Shown here piece by piece: positions 13,654 through 26,500 of a stretch of DNA of 64,000 nt. The stretch is from NCBI GenBank assembly GCA_964270895.1, contig OZ185443.1; one strand, written 5' to 3'. A program made the position numbers and the translations under genes. Within the stretch, counting starts at the first letter, position 1. The number at the start of each line of letters is the position of its first letter. Below the pieces are notes generated by a model. It saw nothing but the letters and a program-made list of their open reading frames with translations, was not told where the DNA came from and searched no databases. The stretch comes from Podarcis filfolensis (taxonomy: Eukaryota).

Positions 13654-16600
13654 TTTATTATTTATACCCCGGCCATCTGGCTGGGTTTCCCCAGCCACTC
13701 AGGGCAGCTCCCAACAGAATATTAAAAGCACAATAAAACACAAAACATTAAAAACTTCCCTGAACATGGTTGCCTTCAGATGTCTTCTAAAAGTCAGATA
13801 ATTGTTTATTTCCTTGACATCTGATGGGAGGATGTTCCACAGGGCTGGTGCCACTACCAACAAGGCTCTCTGCTTGGTTCCCTTTAACCTCACTTCTTGC
13901 AGTGAGGGAACTGCTAGAAGACCCTTGGAGCTGAACCTCAGTGTCCAGGTTGAACAGGGCAAGAAAGTGTTTCTTATAAAGGAAGAATGATGCTTCTGCT
14001 TTGTTACTGTTGCATGTAACTATTAGGTGGCATTGATGGGGACAAGGCAAACCCCAAACAGCACAGCACTTCACAAGAGGAAAAGGAAATGAGCAGCCAT
14101 GAGGGTGGGAGGCAGGGAAGGAGCAGAACAAGGAAGGAGTGGGCAATGTCCCTTCCAGTGTTCTACACCAGGCTGTGTGAGCTCGATCTGCTTTTATTAC
14201 CTTAATTATGGAATAATACAATCCACCTTCTAACACAAGTGTAATTTGAGTCTGGCTTTGATCCAGCCCTCATTTGCGGCACTATTGTTGTTTTCCAGAG
14301 TTACACGCTACCTCTTAGATTGCCTTCCACCCTGAGTTTATTTAGCACGGTCTGGTCTGGTTTTGATAAGCCGGTCTGACAAGTTGTCCTTTGCGTGAGT
14401 GAGGAGAAAGGAAGTCCTCTTGGTACTTGCACGCTCATGCCAAAGATCAATTAGGGCAAAGTGTAACAGAGCTCTTGTTTTGCTGGGATTGCATGCAACA
14501 ATGCTGTGTAATCTCACACCTTATCTCTCCCTCCACTTCAAACAACATCCCCTTGAATGGGGGAGAGCGGAGCATGGAGAGTTCCCAAAGGCAAACAGAC
14601 ACTAGCAGAGTGGGCACGTGGTGACACCCATGCGGGCCCTCTTCTCTTGCAGGTTGGGGTGCCCACCCAGCGAAAACAAAATGCATCCTTTAAATGTGCG
14701 CAATCCTGCAAAGAAGTTCTACACACAGAACAGTCCCCTTATGCAGCTCCTATTTATTTCAGCAGATCTTGCTCAGGAGAACATCTCAATGTGATGGCAC
14801 TTCTGTCATCCCTGTTCGGATGTTTCCTTGAAATAAGTTGATCCAATAGTGCATAGAACTGGTCTGCAGATTTCTTAGAACTATTTGAAACTCTCTCTTG
14901 AAAACCGTCTCTCTTATTTGTTTTCATGCCTGCCTTTATGGAACTTGCTACCACAAGATGTGATAGCTACTAGCTTACAGAAAGCTTTGAAAGGGAATTG
15001 GGCAAAATTTAGGATAGATCTGAGCAGCTACTGGCTGTGATGGGGCCATGAAACTTCCATGTTTGGAGGCAGCACTGAATGCCAGTGGCTGGGCAGGGCT
15101 GTTGCATTCTTGCCTTGCTTGTGGGGCTTCCTGGAGACATCTGGCTGATCACTGGAGGAAACAACACTGGTCTAGATGTTCTGTTCAGATCAAGCAGGGC
15201 AGGGCTACTCATTGTTTTATTTCTAAAAATACTTATATGCCATCACCGTTTCTAAAATGTTCAGAACGCAGCTTCTTTATCAGCTTTGTTGCAAAGTAAC
15301 TGAGCCAGGGGGTGGGTTGATTACTGTTACTAGGAAGGAAGGAATATTCCACATGGTACAAGACACAGAAGTTGAAAGGATCTGACAGGAGTTAGCCAAG
15401 GCCTGGTTAGAAAACTGTGTTGCAAAACTTGAAAATCACCTCTGTGCATCACAGATCAGGTAGTGTGAGTTCAAACCTGGGAATATGTTGCCCACCCCCA
15501 AGACATAGCTGTCCCTTAAGCTATTGCTATGAGAGTCTTTGCTTACAAGCAAAACACTAATGCTGAATCTTGTTTGAAAAGGAAGGAGGCTGGTGGATGC
15601 TGTGAGACTAGATTGACTTTGAATGTTCTGGGTTTTTTCTCCAGACTATGGACCACCCTGAAGCTAGTTAAAATAACACACTAGCATTAACATGGGTCCT
15701 GCATGCAATAAAACTGATTAAGGCAACACAATTATCTTAATTGGTTCTTAACATGCAAGGTCAGTGTGTAAATCAGTTTGCCTCTCCCATCACGGTCACA
15801 GGAGCTGTTAAAAAAACAAACCAAAACCTTGACATTTGAACTTCAGTTGGCCCTCCGTGGAGTGGGACTCCGCAGAGCTCTTTGTTTATGTAGAGCAGGT
15901 GTAGCCACCGTGGGTGGACTGCTAATCCCATCAGCCCCAGCCAACTTGAACAATGGTAAAGGATGATGGGATTTGCAGTCCAAGAACACCTGGAGGGAAC
16001 CCTGTTTTTGAGTGACTAGCCGCTTTTCTCGCAGGACTGATACAGCCGCATTTAAGGATTCTGTGTTGCTATGATGACCTAACCATCCTTGACTGGAAGA
16101 ATGTTCCACTGATTTCAGTAGAATGCATAGCCAAAGAAGGGTAGATAAAGAGGATGTGTGCCGTGTGGCCACTGCCTGTCTGAGCAGACAGCTCTGAGCT
16201 AGATGCAGCAGTACTCTTTCCCTATAATAACTGCATACACTGGGTCATTCCCGTGGCTGTGAGAAAACACACTCCTGTCTACATAGATTTGGGACTCCTG
16301 ATTGTACTTCCAGGTGAGTGTTTCTAAAAACATGTGCATGCGTGTGTCATTGCTGAATATCTGTTGCGCTAAGCACAGCTATACTGAATCTTTATGGTGA
16401 GAAGAGCTAGAGGAAAGCACAACAAAACACATACTTATGGAGAGCCATGTCTCGGTGGTAAGAACTTAAGAGCCTACTGGATCAGGCCAATGGCCCTTCT
16501 AGTCCAGCACCCTCTTCTCGCAGTGGCTGAAAAGTTGCCTGTGGGAAACCTGCAAGCAGGATTCGAGTGCAGGGGCTCTCCTCCCCTCGTGGTTCACAGC

Positions 16601-19600
16601 AACTAGTACTCAGAAGCATTGCTGCAGCAAACTGGAGGCTGAGCATAGCCGTCATGGCTAGTAGCCATCAATAGCCTTATCCCCCGTGATCTTGTCTAAT
16701 TTTTTTAAGTCATATGAGTTCGGTGGCCATCACTGCCTCCTGTGGGAGCAAGTTCCATCGCTTTAACTCTGCAGTGCATGAAGGATGACTTTCTTGTATC
16801 CCTTCTGAACCTTCCAACACTCAGCTTCATTGGATGCCTACACATTCTAGCGTTAGTGGTAGAGGGCTTGCTTTATGTGCTGAAGGTCCCAGTTAAGTCC
16901 CAGGCATCTCCAGTGAAGTAAGATGTATAGAATATATTTGCTTTCTTGTATTGCACTCTATTACATCCTGCCTTTTTTCCATCATTTAACCCAAGGCAGT
17001 GTGCCTGTGGTGCCCGATCAGATCCCCCGTTCAGGCACTTGATCAGACCTAGACATGCTTTCTTCCAGTGAGGTGGTGACCCCGGATAGCCAAGCTGGGA
17101 AAGGCTGCCTGAGACATTGGAGTGCCCAGTGCCTTTCTAGAGTAGATAGTGGGCTTAGATAGGTTTGGATATATGGCAGGGAAGGATCACTACTCAGTGG
17201 CACAGCAAAGGTTTATTCCTTGCAGCTCATGCATCCTGCCCTGGGGATGGTTCACTGTCTGAGACCAGGCAGTACTGATCAAGGTGGGTCAACAGCTGGG
17301 CTTTATATAAAGCAGCTTCTTCGTACTTCAGAAGCTTCCGTTTACATCTGCATGAAGTTACAAAGGACTGATGAGCACAGATTACCGTAAAGCATCTCAT
17401 GCTTCATTTAATTTCTATAGAATTTTGAATCTTGAAGGTTTCATCAGCATTTTTTAAAAAGACAATTCTAGGCACGCTTCAAGGGGTGTGTGTGTGTGAT
17501 CTCACCAGAAACTTTGCATTTTGAATGTTACTAGATGTTACCCTTCTGTCTTCCTCAGTTTGCTGCACTAGCCTTTGGTATCCTATAATCCCAAGACGTG
17601 ACATGCACACTTATGATGCAAACCTCTCTCCTGTAGACTTGTTTCCATGCTGGTGTATAGAAATGGGATCGCTGACAGGTTAACTGAAATTTATGTGAGT
17701 TATACAGCTGTTGGTTGTGTCTATTTGTCCCGAAGCCTCTGGGCAGTTGGGTGACCGTGTTTAGAATGGTCCAGTTCTTAATGCAAAAACTGAGCATGTG
17801 AGTGCTGTCTCAGGCTCAGGCTCTGGACCTGAAGAGCAATGCTGTTTTTGCCAAGCATCTCCTAACAAATGGCTCCTTCCCTCTGCATTTCAGACTCTGG
17901 GCTGGTCGTTCCAAGTATCTCCTATGAGCTTCACAAAAAACTTCTTTCGGTGGCAGAGAAATATGGGCTCACCCTTGAACGGAGACTGGAAATGACGGGG
18001 GTATGTGCCAGCCAGATGGCCCTGAGTCTGCTCGGAGGGCCCAACAGGTAAAACACCTTTCCTAGAAAGTAGCAAGCCTCAGCGGATTTTGCACGCTTCC
18101 TGTGAAAATCACAGAATTCTAAATGACATGACCTGCCATGCTGCAAGCCAGTCTAGCCATATGGCTATTATTGTGGATTGGAAGCCTGGGTCTTGGCTTT
18201 CAGCTGTTCTTGGTTCCCTGCCAATCAGACACAGGAACTGTGTTCAGGGTGTAATTCCTTGTAGTGCCTGGGATGGTTTTCTTTGTGAGGCACCTGGAGC
18301 TGATTTGTTAACTCATCCAGTGTCATCTGCCTTGTTAGCTCCGGCTCATGGCAGGCCTTGGCTTTGTGGATGAATTTCTACAAGGGCTTGAACTTACATA
18401 GTCCTTGGGGTCCTTACACCTCTGACATTCTGTGCTGGGCGTTTGGCTCTGAAAGAAACTAGCCAAGTTAGGGCTTTATCCCTAAGAACTGACTCTTGGT
18501 CTACTTCGTCTGGAGAACAGCTGATCCAGTCCCTCCATGCAAGATTACCTCAGAGCGACCTGACCCAGGAACTTGTTTGGCAGTGATGCAGCCTGGCTGA
18601 TTGCAAAACAGAAGAGAAAACTGGAAGTTACACAGGGATTGTGAGATTTAAACATTAGATTTTTATTTCCCTTGATCATCATGAAAACATTGTTATTCCA
18701 GTATTTTAAAAACCACTAAGCAGTTTCATTATTTTAAAACCTAGCTTCCTAATCAGCAATGCTGCGTTTTGTTAACACATGCCCTTGTGACACTGCAAAC
18801 CTTTGCATGCTTAGTTGGAAGAAAGCTGCATTTGAATTCAGTGGTGTTTCTTTCTGAATAAAGAGAGAATTGTTTGGGAAATTATGGAGTGACTGAGGAG
18901 TTATTGTGACTATTGTATGTCTTAACTTCTGAGCCTTGGTTGCATGAATCTTAAATATTTTGAAAGTATCTCCTCTCCCATTAAGAAGGCAAGTTTTTGT
19001 TTGAGGAAACTGCTTTTGATGTTTAAGACCCTTTGTACATCTAACTTTCAGGTTGAACCCAAAAAACATTCACCAGCGACCCACGGTTGCCTTGCTGTGT
19101 GGCCCTCACGTGAAGGGGACCCAGGGAATCAGTTGTGGCCGGCATCTTTCCAATCATGATGTGCATGTCATTCTCTTCCTCCCCAACTTTGTCAAGATGT
19201 TGGAATCAATCACCAATGAGCTGACACTTTTTAGCAAGACCCAAGGCCAACAGGTGTCCAGTGTCAAAGGTGAGCCGGGTACAGCCATGGATAGTTTTTC
19301 TAAATATATAGAAAGAACAATTATTTGCTATATTGCCAAAGCCTCAAGTCAGCTGAATAAAGAAAGATAAGTGTGCACTGGCCCAGTCCATGTGTCCTGC
19401 CAAGCCAAATCATGGCTGCTTAGCACAAACACACAGCTTCCAAGAAAGGAAATAGCAGTTGCTTTTCTGTTAGCAGAAGAATCTAGTACTGCCATCTCCC
19501 GTCTCCGCAGACTGAAGTGGTGCACTTTTGCCACTGCATCCTGGCTTTGTATAGGTTCTGGGGTGGAGTGGGACAGGTTGTAGATGCTAATGTGATCTTT

Positions 19601-20423
19601 GTGGGGCTGTGGAGGCAACCTCTAATGCAGCAGCGCCATCTACTGGCAAGGAGCTAAGCTATTTTTATACCCACTGGACTTGTAGGGAACACTTTAGTTG
19701 GAAAGAGGCGAGTTGGGTCAGTTGCACAAGCTGCTAACCAAATCCTGGGGCTTTGAAGTACATGCCTATTTTAGACTTTATTCAAAAGGAGTTTTGAAAA
19801 AGTTGTAGAGGACAGATCTATGGGTGGGTGTTAGTCCTGCTGTCTGTAAGGGACATTCCTGTTCAGAGGCAGCCTGCCTTTGGGGCCCAGTTGCTATAAA
19901 GCAGAAGCAGGAGAGGAGCATTGCCTCCTGCATGTCATCTTCTGTGAGCCTCCTAGAAGCATCCTGCAGGGCTCTGTTGACGGCTGGGCAGCCTGCTAGA
20001 AGAGTCTTGGGGAGGCTTTCCTAAAGTCCCTTATAGGTTTCTACTTGACAAACATGTAAAGTGCTCTCTTGTTCCTCCCGCTCCCCAGATCTTCCAGACT
20101 CGCCAGTTGACTTGGTGATAAACTGCTTGGATTGCCATGAAAATGCCTTCCTGAGGGACCAGCCTTGGTACAAGGCTGCTGTGGACTGGGCCAACCAAAA
20201 CAGAGCCCCCGTCCTCAGCCTGGACCCCCCGGTGAATGACATGGAGCAAGGGATCGACGCCAAGTGGTCTCTGTCCCTGGGGCTGCCACTGCCCCTAGGT
20301 GAGAGGGCTGGGCGTGTGTACCTGTGTGACATCGGCATTCCACAGAAAGTCTTCCAGGAGGTGGGGATAAACTACCACTCGCCTTTCGGCTGCAAGTTTG
20401 TCATCCCTTTGCACTCTACCTAA
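1105..20423 (+). CDS. EDC3: Enhancer of mRNA decapping 3, whole CDS: join(1105..1268,5490..5809,12386..12718,17894..18047,19052..19269,20089..20423), 1524 nt, 507 aa
   Basis: Six GT-AG exons with compatible phases. LSm domain ([15 protein letters not shown]), FDF motif ([13 protein letters not shown]) and YjeF_N domain ([22 protein letters not shown]) are recognisable as vertebrate EDC3. Confidence 0.97.
2621..3763. mobile_element. Tc1/mariner-type MITE (halves 2621-2820 and 3705-3763) interrupted by the young CR1
   Basis: TA-cagtggtacctc to aaggtatgactg-TA; an uninterrupted relative lies at 40926-41112. Confidence 0.8.
2821..3704 (-). mobile_element. Young CR1 LINE 3' fragment
   Basis: RT C-terminus ([10 protein letters not shown] to [13 protein letters not shown]) and the (ATTCTATG)n CR1 tail. 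Confidence 0.92.
4141..4256. mobile_element. Truncated copy of the 46290 MITE family
   Basis: Left TIR and internal sequence match; right end missing. Confidence 0.7.
5490..5809 (+). CDS. EDC3: EDC3 coding exon 2
   Basis: tttag|G GCA GGT GAC ([11 protein letters not shown]) to FRRRHNS T|gtgagt. Confidence 0.96.
5991..6043. repeat. (TTTTG)n/(TTTTA)n microsatellite
   Basis: Direct reading. Confidence 0.8.
6248..6610 (-). mobile_element. Sauria-type SINE, full length
   Basis: tRNA-like head gggacgcgggtggcgctgtggg with B box ggttcgaatcc; (ACCTTT)n tail; 13-bp TSD TATAGAAATATAT at 6235-6247 and 6611-6623. Confidence 0.88.
7720..8602 (+). repeat. 141-bp direct repeat (7720-7860 and 8462-8602)
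   Basis: Two copies with 4 mismatches, separated by ~600 bp. Confidence 0.92.
10434..10569. mobile_element. Palindromic MITE
   Basis: Near-complete hairpin (ggactacaactcccatcatc / gatgatgggagttgtagtcc), flanked by TA. Confidence 0.75.
12386..12718 (+). CDS. EDC3: EDC3 coding exon 3 (FDF motif)
   Basis: ttcag|GG TCC TCC; [21 protein letters not shown]; donor G|gtatgc. Confidence 0.96.
13616..13940 (-). mobile_element. L2-clade LINE 3' end with (ATA)n microsatellite
   Basis: Same family 3' end as the 63342 copy. Confidence 0.8.
17894..18047 (+). CDS. EDC3: EDC3 coding exon 4
   Basis: tttcag|AC TCT GGG ([18 protein letters not shown]) to GGPNR AG|gtaaaa. Confidence 0.96.
19052..19269 (+). 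CDS. EDC3: EDC3 coding exon 5 (YjeF_N)
   Basis: tttcag|G TTG AAC ([19 protein letters not shown]); donor G|gtgagc. Confidence 0.96.
19631..19646 (-). promoter_or_regulatory. CTCF-motif match in the last EDC3 intron
   Basis: CCAGTAGATGGCGCTG matches the core CCASYAGRKGGCRS. Confidence 0.55.
20089..20423 (+). CDS. EDC3: EDC3 last coding exon
   Basis: ctccccag|AT CTT CCA ([15 protein letters not shown]) to [11 protein letters not shown] at 20421-20423. Confidence 0.96.
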
Positions 20424-21846
20424 AGTGGGGGGTGGGCTTTGGCCCCGAAGAGGAAAGTGGGGCAGAACCGCCTCGAACCGCACGACTGATCCTGACCATA
20501 TTAAAACTCTTTGAAGCCTTAAGGATGTTGGAAGTTCTCAACTGTGTTTCTTTCAAAAGAAATAGCAGTATTGAGGTGAACCAAGAGGGCTCGTGCTCCT
20601 CTGAGCCTTGGATGCTCTCCTGATGCCATGAAGGAACGCAGAGGCAGCTGGTGTCTTCACCCAGCTCGGCAAGTTGGTGGTGGGAGGGCAGGGTGCGTGC
20701 TTGCTTACACATGCAGGTGCCCCTGCCCGTTCAGATATGCAGCTGACAGTATGGTTTCATTTTTCCTTTCCCCCCCAGGACTGGCAGGGGACATGTGTCC
20801 CCCTTGCTGATCATGTGGGAATGAGGGCTGACCTGCTGCCACCAGGGCACCCCTCTCTTGTGCAGCTACAGCCCCATCTCTCAAGCTATATGGTACCTTG
20901 GCTTGCTCAGCCTAGGCAGGTGGTGGGAGACACCTGCTTCTCCTGCTGGCAGCTTGAGAGTTTGTAGAGCAGCAATTGTGTCTCTGAGCCACTGCCAGCA
21001 CACACTTGTTTCCTTTTTGCTTATTTGAGTGAATGATAATGTGGTTGCAATACTTGTGGCTTAAAAGAAGACTGAGGAAGCAGACTCATTGGTGCTGTTA
21101 CTTGTGCTTCTCCACAAGTCGTGTCCTGCCATCTTACTGTAGAATTCACGTTACTGGCATCTGCTCCTTTTTTAAAAAAATACCTACTTCCCAGGGCCCG
21201 TGTTTGTGTGTGTGTGTGTATGAGAGAGTGTATGAGAATATTGAGACTGTCTAGCTGCCACTGGATTTGAAACCCATAGAAAAATTCATGTTCTTGATGG
21301 TGGCACTGTCCTGTTCCCTCTCGATATGTCCAGAACAAGCACATGGCTACACTTTTAAGTGAAGCAATGAAATGTGATGGGGCTTTGTCTAGCGGTGCAG
21401 ACCAGTTGCAAAGTGGCATTGGAACAGAAGCGGCTTAAGATTTAAAGGCCTGTGGAGTGAGACAAATGGCCAAGCAAAGCCGCCTCTTCCTGCATGTTGC
21501 TTTTGCACCAATGTCTGGTCCTCTTGTGCTTCAGGCATGAGCTTGTATGACCCACTGGTGAATTGTGCATCTCAGCTACTGCCTCCCTCTTCCGATGTGC
21601 CGTTCTTCAGTGGGAAGGGCACAACGTTGTGTTGCTCTCTGGGGACCAACTCATTGCTGCCACTGGCTTGTTCTTATTCCGAATGCTGCCAGCAGAACAT
21701 TTTGGTTTGTAGCCAGGCTTTTTCTGGAGTTCAGGGGTGCAACGCACTGTTAAGTAGCTGAATACCTGTTAGCTCTGAGAAATCAGCCATGCTTGACCTT
21801 CTTGTCTCTAAAGGTGCCATACAGAACTCTCTCACAAATCACAATG

Positions 21847-21852
21847 ATTAAA
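21847..21852 (+). terminator. Candidate EDC3 polyadenylation signal ATTAAA
   Basis: Variant hexamer followed by a GT/T-rich stretch (~21875-21890), ~1.4 kb after the stop codon. Confidence 0.4.
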
Positions 21853-22049
21853 ATGTGCAGTAAAGCAGTTGCTCTTCTGTGTTTTCATTTCTAGAGTGCA
21901 GAAACTGGTTTTCTTGGTTTGCAAGTGACCATAGTTCATTCACACTTTCCTGCAGCCATCTTGGGTCCAAAAGAGACAATCACAAGAAGACTTAATCACT
22001 TTGACTTAAAGGCATAATTATCTCAATGTATTTGAGAAAAATACATTGT

Positions 22050-22414
22050 GGGACGCGGGTGGCGCTGTGGGTAAAACCTCAGTGCCTAGGATTTGCCGAT
22101 CGCAAGGTCGGCGGTTCGAATCCCCGCGGTGGGGTGAGCTCCTGTTGTTCAGTCCCAGCTCCTGCCCACCTAGCAGTTCGAAAGCACCCTTAAGTGCAAG
22201 TAGATAAATAGGTACCGCTTTATAGCGGGAAGGTAAACGGCGTTTCCGTGTGCGGCGCTGGTGCTAGCTCGCCAGATGCTACTTAGTCACGCTGGCCACG
22301 TGACCCGGAAGTGTCTCCGGACAGCGCTGGCTCCCGGCCTCTTGAGCGAGATGAGCGCGCAACCCTAGAGTCAGACACGACTGGCCCATACGGGCAGGGG
22401 TACCTTTACCTTTT
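22050..22414 (+). mobile_element. Sauria-type SINE, full length, between the EDC3 and CLK3 3' ends
   Basis: Highly similar to the 6248-6610 copy; TSD TATTTGAGAAAAA. Confidence 0.88.
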
Positions 22415-23020
22415 TATTTGAGAAAAAATGGAATTCACTTCAATATTTAAATGATTTCGCTAATTTTATTTCCTAAAAACTCTCAACTACAGTTATACTG
22501 GAAAATGCAGATTCACTCTTCCAAGAACCTTCCATTCATGCCAAAACATTTTAAAAGAGAACCCTGTACCTCTAGGAGAAAAACAGATGTTTATTACAAC
22601 CACTGAGAACCTACACTGACCAAAGCTTTACTATTAGAATTGATCAAGCCACTTATCTGCCCTATATCCATCTCTGATTTACCAAAATGGCAGGACAGCC
22701 TGCTAGATGGCCTGAGATGCCTTTTTGCAGGCATAATTCAGACCATAAAGCCTTCCAAACAATTGCCCGATTTAAGCTCCTCCAAAACTTTGAAGTGAAC
22801 TGAACAAGCACATACCTGTGACAAAATGCAGGCAATAGCTAAGATTGCATTACCCACACAATATGAAGGAAGCAATTGGGGGAGCGGGGAACAAACCTCC
22901 ATCCTCTTTCCCTCCTTCATGCAGGTTTCTTGTAAAGGAAAGATGACTGATAGCACAGCAAGGAAGAAACTACTTTGTAAACGCCCAGCAGAGATTGGTG
23001 GCAAGCTATAAAACCACTAT

Positions 23021-23115
23021 TTTATTGTTAACAGAAAAATTCAGTAGGGCAGGGAGCAAAAATAGCTGGACACAGTCATACAAGTAAATTATCAAACAAT
23101 ATGAAACACTTTATT
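23021..23115 (-). terminator. CLK3 polyadenylation signals (AATAAA at 23110-23115 and 23021-23026)
   Basis: Canonical hexamers ~210 and ~300 nt after the stop codon. Confidence 0.6.
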
Positions 23116-23326
23116 TGAACTTTACAACATATAAATATATGAGACAAATCTGTGCTTTTGGGTTGCTGTCTCCCCCCCCCCCCCGGCCCAGGCCCAGGGT
23201 CCGCCTGACATTGCACCAACCCCTTGGAACACTGCTACAGAAGGGTCTCTGGAGTCTCCACAATAAATGTCAGGCCAGTCTTGGAGTATGTACACATCCT
23301 GCAGGAATCTCCATGATCCACATCTG

Positions 23327-23512
23327 TCATCTGCTCAGGTCCCGGTTTGAATCTCGGCAACTAAGCCGCCTTTCCTCTGCAGATAAGCCAGCAAAGAACG
23401 GGTGGAGCAGAGCTTCGCCAAACGTGATCCGCTGGGCAGGATCAAATGCTAACATTTGCCTCATCAGACTGAACAGCTGCATGTGCTCAGCAGAATCGTG
23501 CAGCATGTATGT
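23327..23512 (-). CDS. CLK3: CLK3 last coding exon
   Basis: [40 protein letters not shown] to DLSR; TGA at 23327-23329. Confidence 0.96.
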   Translation of the reverse strand, partial: TYMLHDSAEHMQLFSLMRQMLAFDPAQRITFGEALLHPFFAGLSAEERRLSCRDSNRDLSR

Positions 23513-26500
23513 CTAGAAAAAGGAATAAGCAGGGGAGGAATTAGACCTGATATGGAGAGAACCAGAGCATGGGGTCATGAAGAGTCGGACACAACAACAA
23601 CAAATGGAGAGAACCGGTTTAGTATTGCCCTGGAGTATTAAAGGAAATCAAGTTATGTGATTACAATAGTGCCAAGCTCTATTATTTTGGTGTAAGGTCT
23701 AAATAGTAGGGAGTTTAATAAGTCGCTCTCCCAGGACTTTTACTGTAAAACTAGTAGTGGCAGAGTAGCAGGCAACACAAAGTGTCCTAAGTAGTCCTAA
23801 GACTACCCAGTGAAGTCCTGTACCAGCAGGGCTGCACCTGCATCATGGCTGTCTGAAGCACACAATGCCAGAGGAGCTCAGCTTTCATTGTTGATGCAGT
23901 TCCAAGGGCTTCTGGCTATGGAGACATACCTTGGCTCTCCATCTTGGCTAAGAGAAACAGGTGTGCAAAGAGGCACCTGCCAGTTGATGAATACACACAA
24001 TTTAGGAAAGTCAAAGTCAAAGCATTTGGGGTTTCTCAAAAGAGGGACAAACAGTATATTGTTAGTCACCACTAGTAGCTCCTTTTAGGGATGGGTTGAC
24101 TAATTTCTCCATGCAAGCACACATTCACAAAATCTGCCCAGCATTATCAAGCCAACAGGGTGCTGTGGTAGACTTGTGAAGAGCTATCCTGCAACCCCCC
24201 CCCCCCAAGACAAAACTCTTCTTTAGCGTGGGACAACTGCTTACGGACAGCACGGGCTGGCTTGCATGTTTTTTGCTTCACTTATCAATACAAGCAGAAT
24301 TACACAGGCTATAACTGCATCAAAAAGTGGTAAGGCTTAAGAGTTTTTTGGGAAAGTAAACAAAGCTCTTTCCACAAAATATGAGACCAGGAGCTCAGTT
24401 GACAGAGCAGCCACAAAAGTGGAGTGTCGTCCTCATGAAAAGCTCCTACCTGGTACGTGGAAAGGTGTGGTGCAGAAAAAATGGGATGGGGAGAGTGGAA
24501 CATAATTATTCCACTCTGCATACACACAAGCAGAAAAGATGGAAGAAGATAAAAGAAAGGTCCAGTATATTCAGAAGATGGTGTTTCTAATGGGCTTGGC
24601 TTCCTGTTTCAAAGGCCTTGCTGAGAAGCAAGCAATGCGGATGAACACAAATGAGAGTAATTTAGCTTTCAGGTGCTCAGTTACAAACAAGTATTTGCAT
24701 AAAGAACTGCTTAATGCATTCTGACCAGAGCAGATCAAGTGGTTCTTACCTGCAATGGTTTGCAGTTTTCCTGGACATACCTCCCATCAGAGGTGTTCTC
24801 ATCCCATACCAGACTTCCCTTGTGAAAATACTTTTGTTTCCTGGGTGAGGAGAGAGAGCTCAAATTGAACACATGTACTGGGCTGAGTTAGGCAAAAGAA
24901 ATGGCATCTTCCCCCCAAGCAGTTGAATAAATCCATAGACTGCCTCTAAAAATGTACAGAGCACTTGAGTTGCACATCTAAACATGTCATCTACAGGCCT
25001 TGCTGCCTCGTGGAATTTTTTTGAGAGCATAAAACACAGGAGAGTCCATATTAAATTGTCAACAAATCTCACTGACCTGGTTTATTTGCCCAAGGTGCCT
25101 CTCTCTAATTTGGGGACCACCTATTTACCAGTCAAAACCAAGCATTCCTACCGTGTTTTGCGGATCATATGCTGTGGGATTGGGCCAAGGATCTTCTCCA
25201 TCATCACAAGGTGCTCTCTATTCTCATGAGTCTGTAGAGAGAGAAATATATGCTAAACTTAGCAGGGCAGGTACGGGGCTTCAAGCAGGAATCTTTTCAA
25301 TCCCTACCTGGAGATGCTGGGGATGAAACCTGGGACTTTTCACATGCAACTCAAGAGCTACAGCCCTTCCATAGGCATCTGGCTGGCTGGTGTGGGAGAC
25401 AGGATACTGAACTAGGCATGCCTTTGGTCTGGTTCAGCATGGCTCATCTTATATGCCTCTTGGGAAATGGTCACTCCATAAGGAGTGAAATGTATGACAG
25501 CCTTTCCAGGAAACTGGGAGAGGTGACCAGGCCCACTGGTCTCTCCAACAACCCCAGCCTTGGGGTTTTGAAGTAAGTAGTATGCTAAAGCCTAAAATGC
25601 CTATTTGTGATAGTGATTTCTTCAGCACTTTACAAGGAAAAGAACCAGCAAACACCCTTAAACAGGAGGGGAAAACATGCCGGTTAATGTCTTCAAAAGC
25701 ACAACTAGATCTCTAGGTTGCAGAGCAGGAGCCAAACTGCAGAAAAACCTGGCAGGCAGAGCAAGGAACTGTAGCCATTCAAGTAAAACCTCTTGGTTGT
25801 TATAAAAAACACCATAGGGCCTGCATCCTGGTGGGGTCCTCCCTTTCAGCAAATACTGGACACTGTGGTGCCATTTCTATCCCTTGGTGTAGCCAGGCCA
25901 GCTTTTGGGGAAGATTCAATGATTTTATTCTGCTCTCCGCAAAGCTCTTTCCACTGAGCAAAAACCAATAAACAATATTGTACCGAGAAGTACGCAGCAG
26001 GTTATTCAGCAGAAAGCAAACTACTATGCTGAATTGGTCCAAAAAGGAGGACAGCAATTCCTGTACCTGAAAGAGTGTGAATCCACGGTAGTACTCAAAG
26101 AGGATGCAGCCGATGCTCCAGACGTCACAAGGCTGTGACCAACCCAGCTCTGCAAAGGAGAATACAGAATGAAGACTGCCATTCTACTCTGTAACCAAAT
26201 GCCACCATTTTGTTCTTCAGTTGCTAAGTAGGGCTTTTCTGCTCAGCAGCCAAGGAAAACCTTTCCGTGGTTTGCCCTTTAAAAGGGGGCTGAGAGAATC
26301 TACCAAAGGAAAAAACCACCAGGAAAAAAGCCACTGCAATTGGGATATCTGCTGAGCTCAGTGAAAGTAGATGGTAGAACATTCCTCCTTATGCAATCTC
26401 CCCCTTCCTGCCCATTAGCGGAAAAAGGTTGGACGAGTAATGATGCCATCCTTCAGCTCCATAAAAGAAAGGAGCTGCTGCTCTGTCTTACATGAGGTGA

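Noticed and set aside
13459-13801. ORFs with poly-Ile or poly-Asn runs (also 63197-63513)
   Set aside because: These are translations of the (TAA)n tails of L2 elements.
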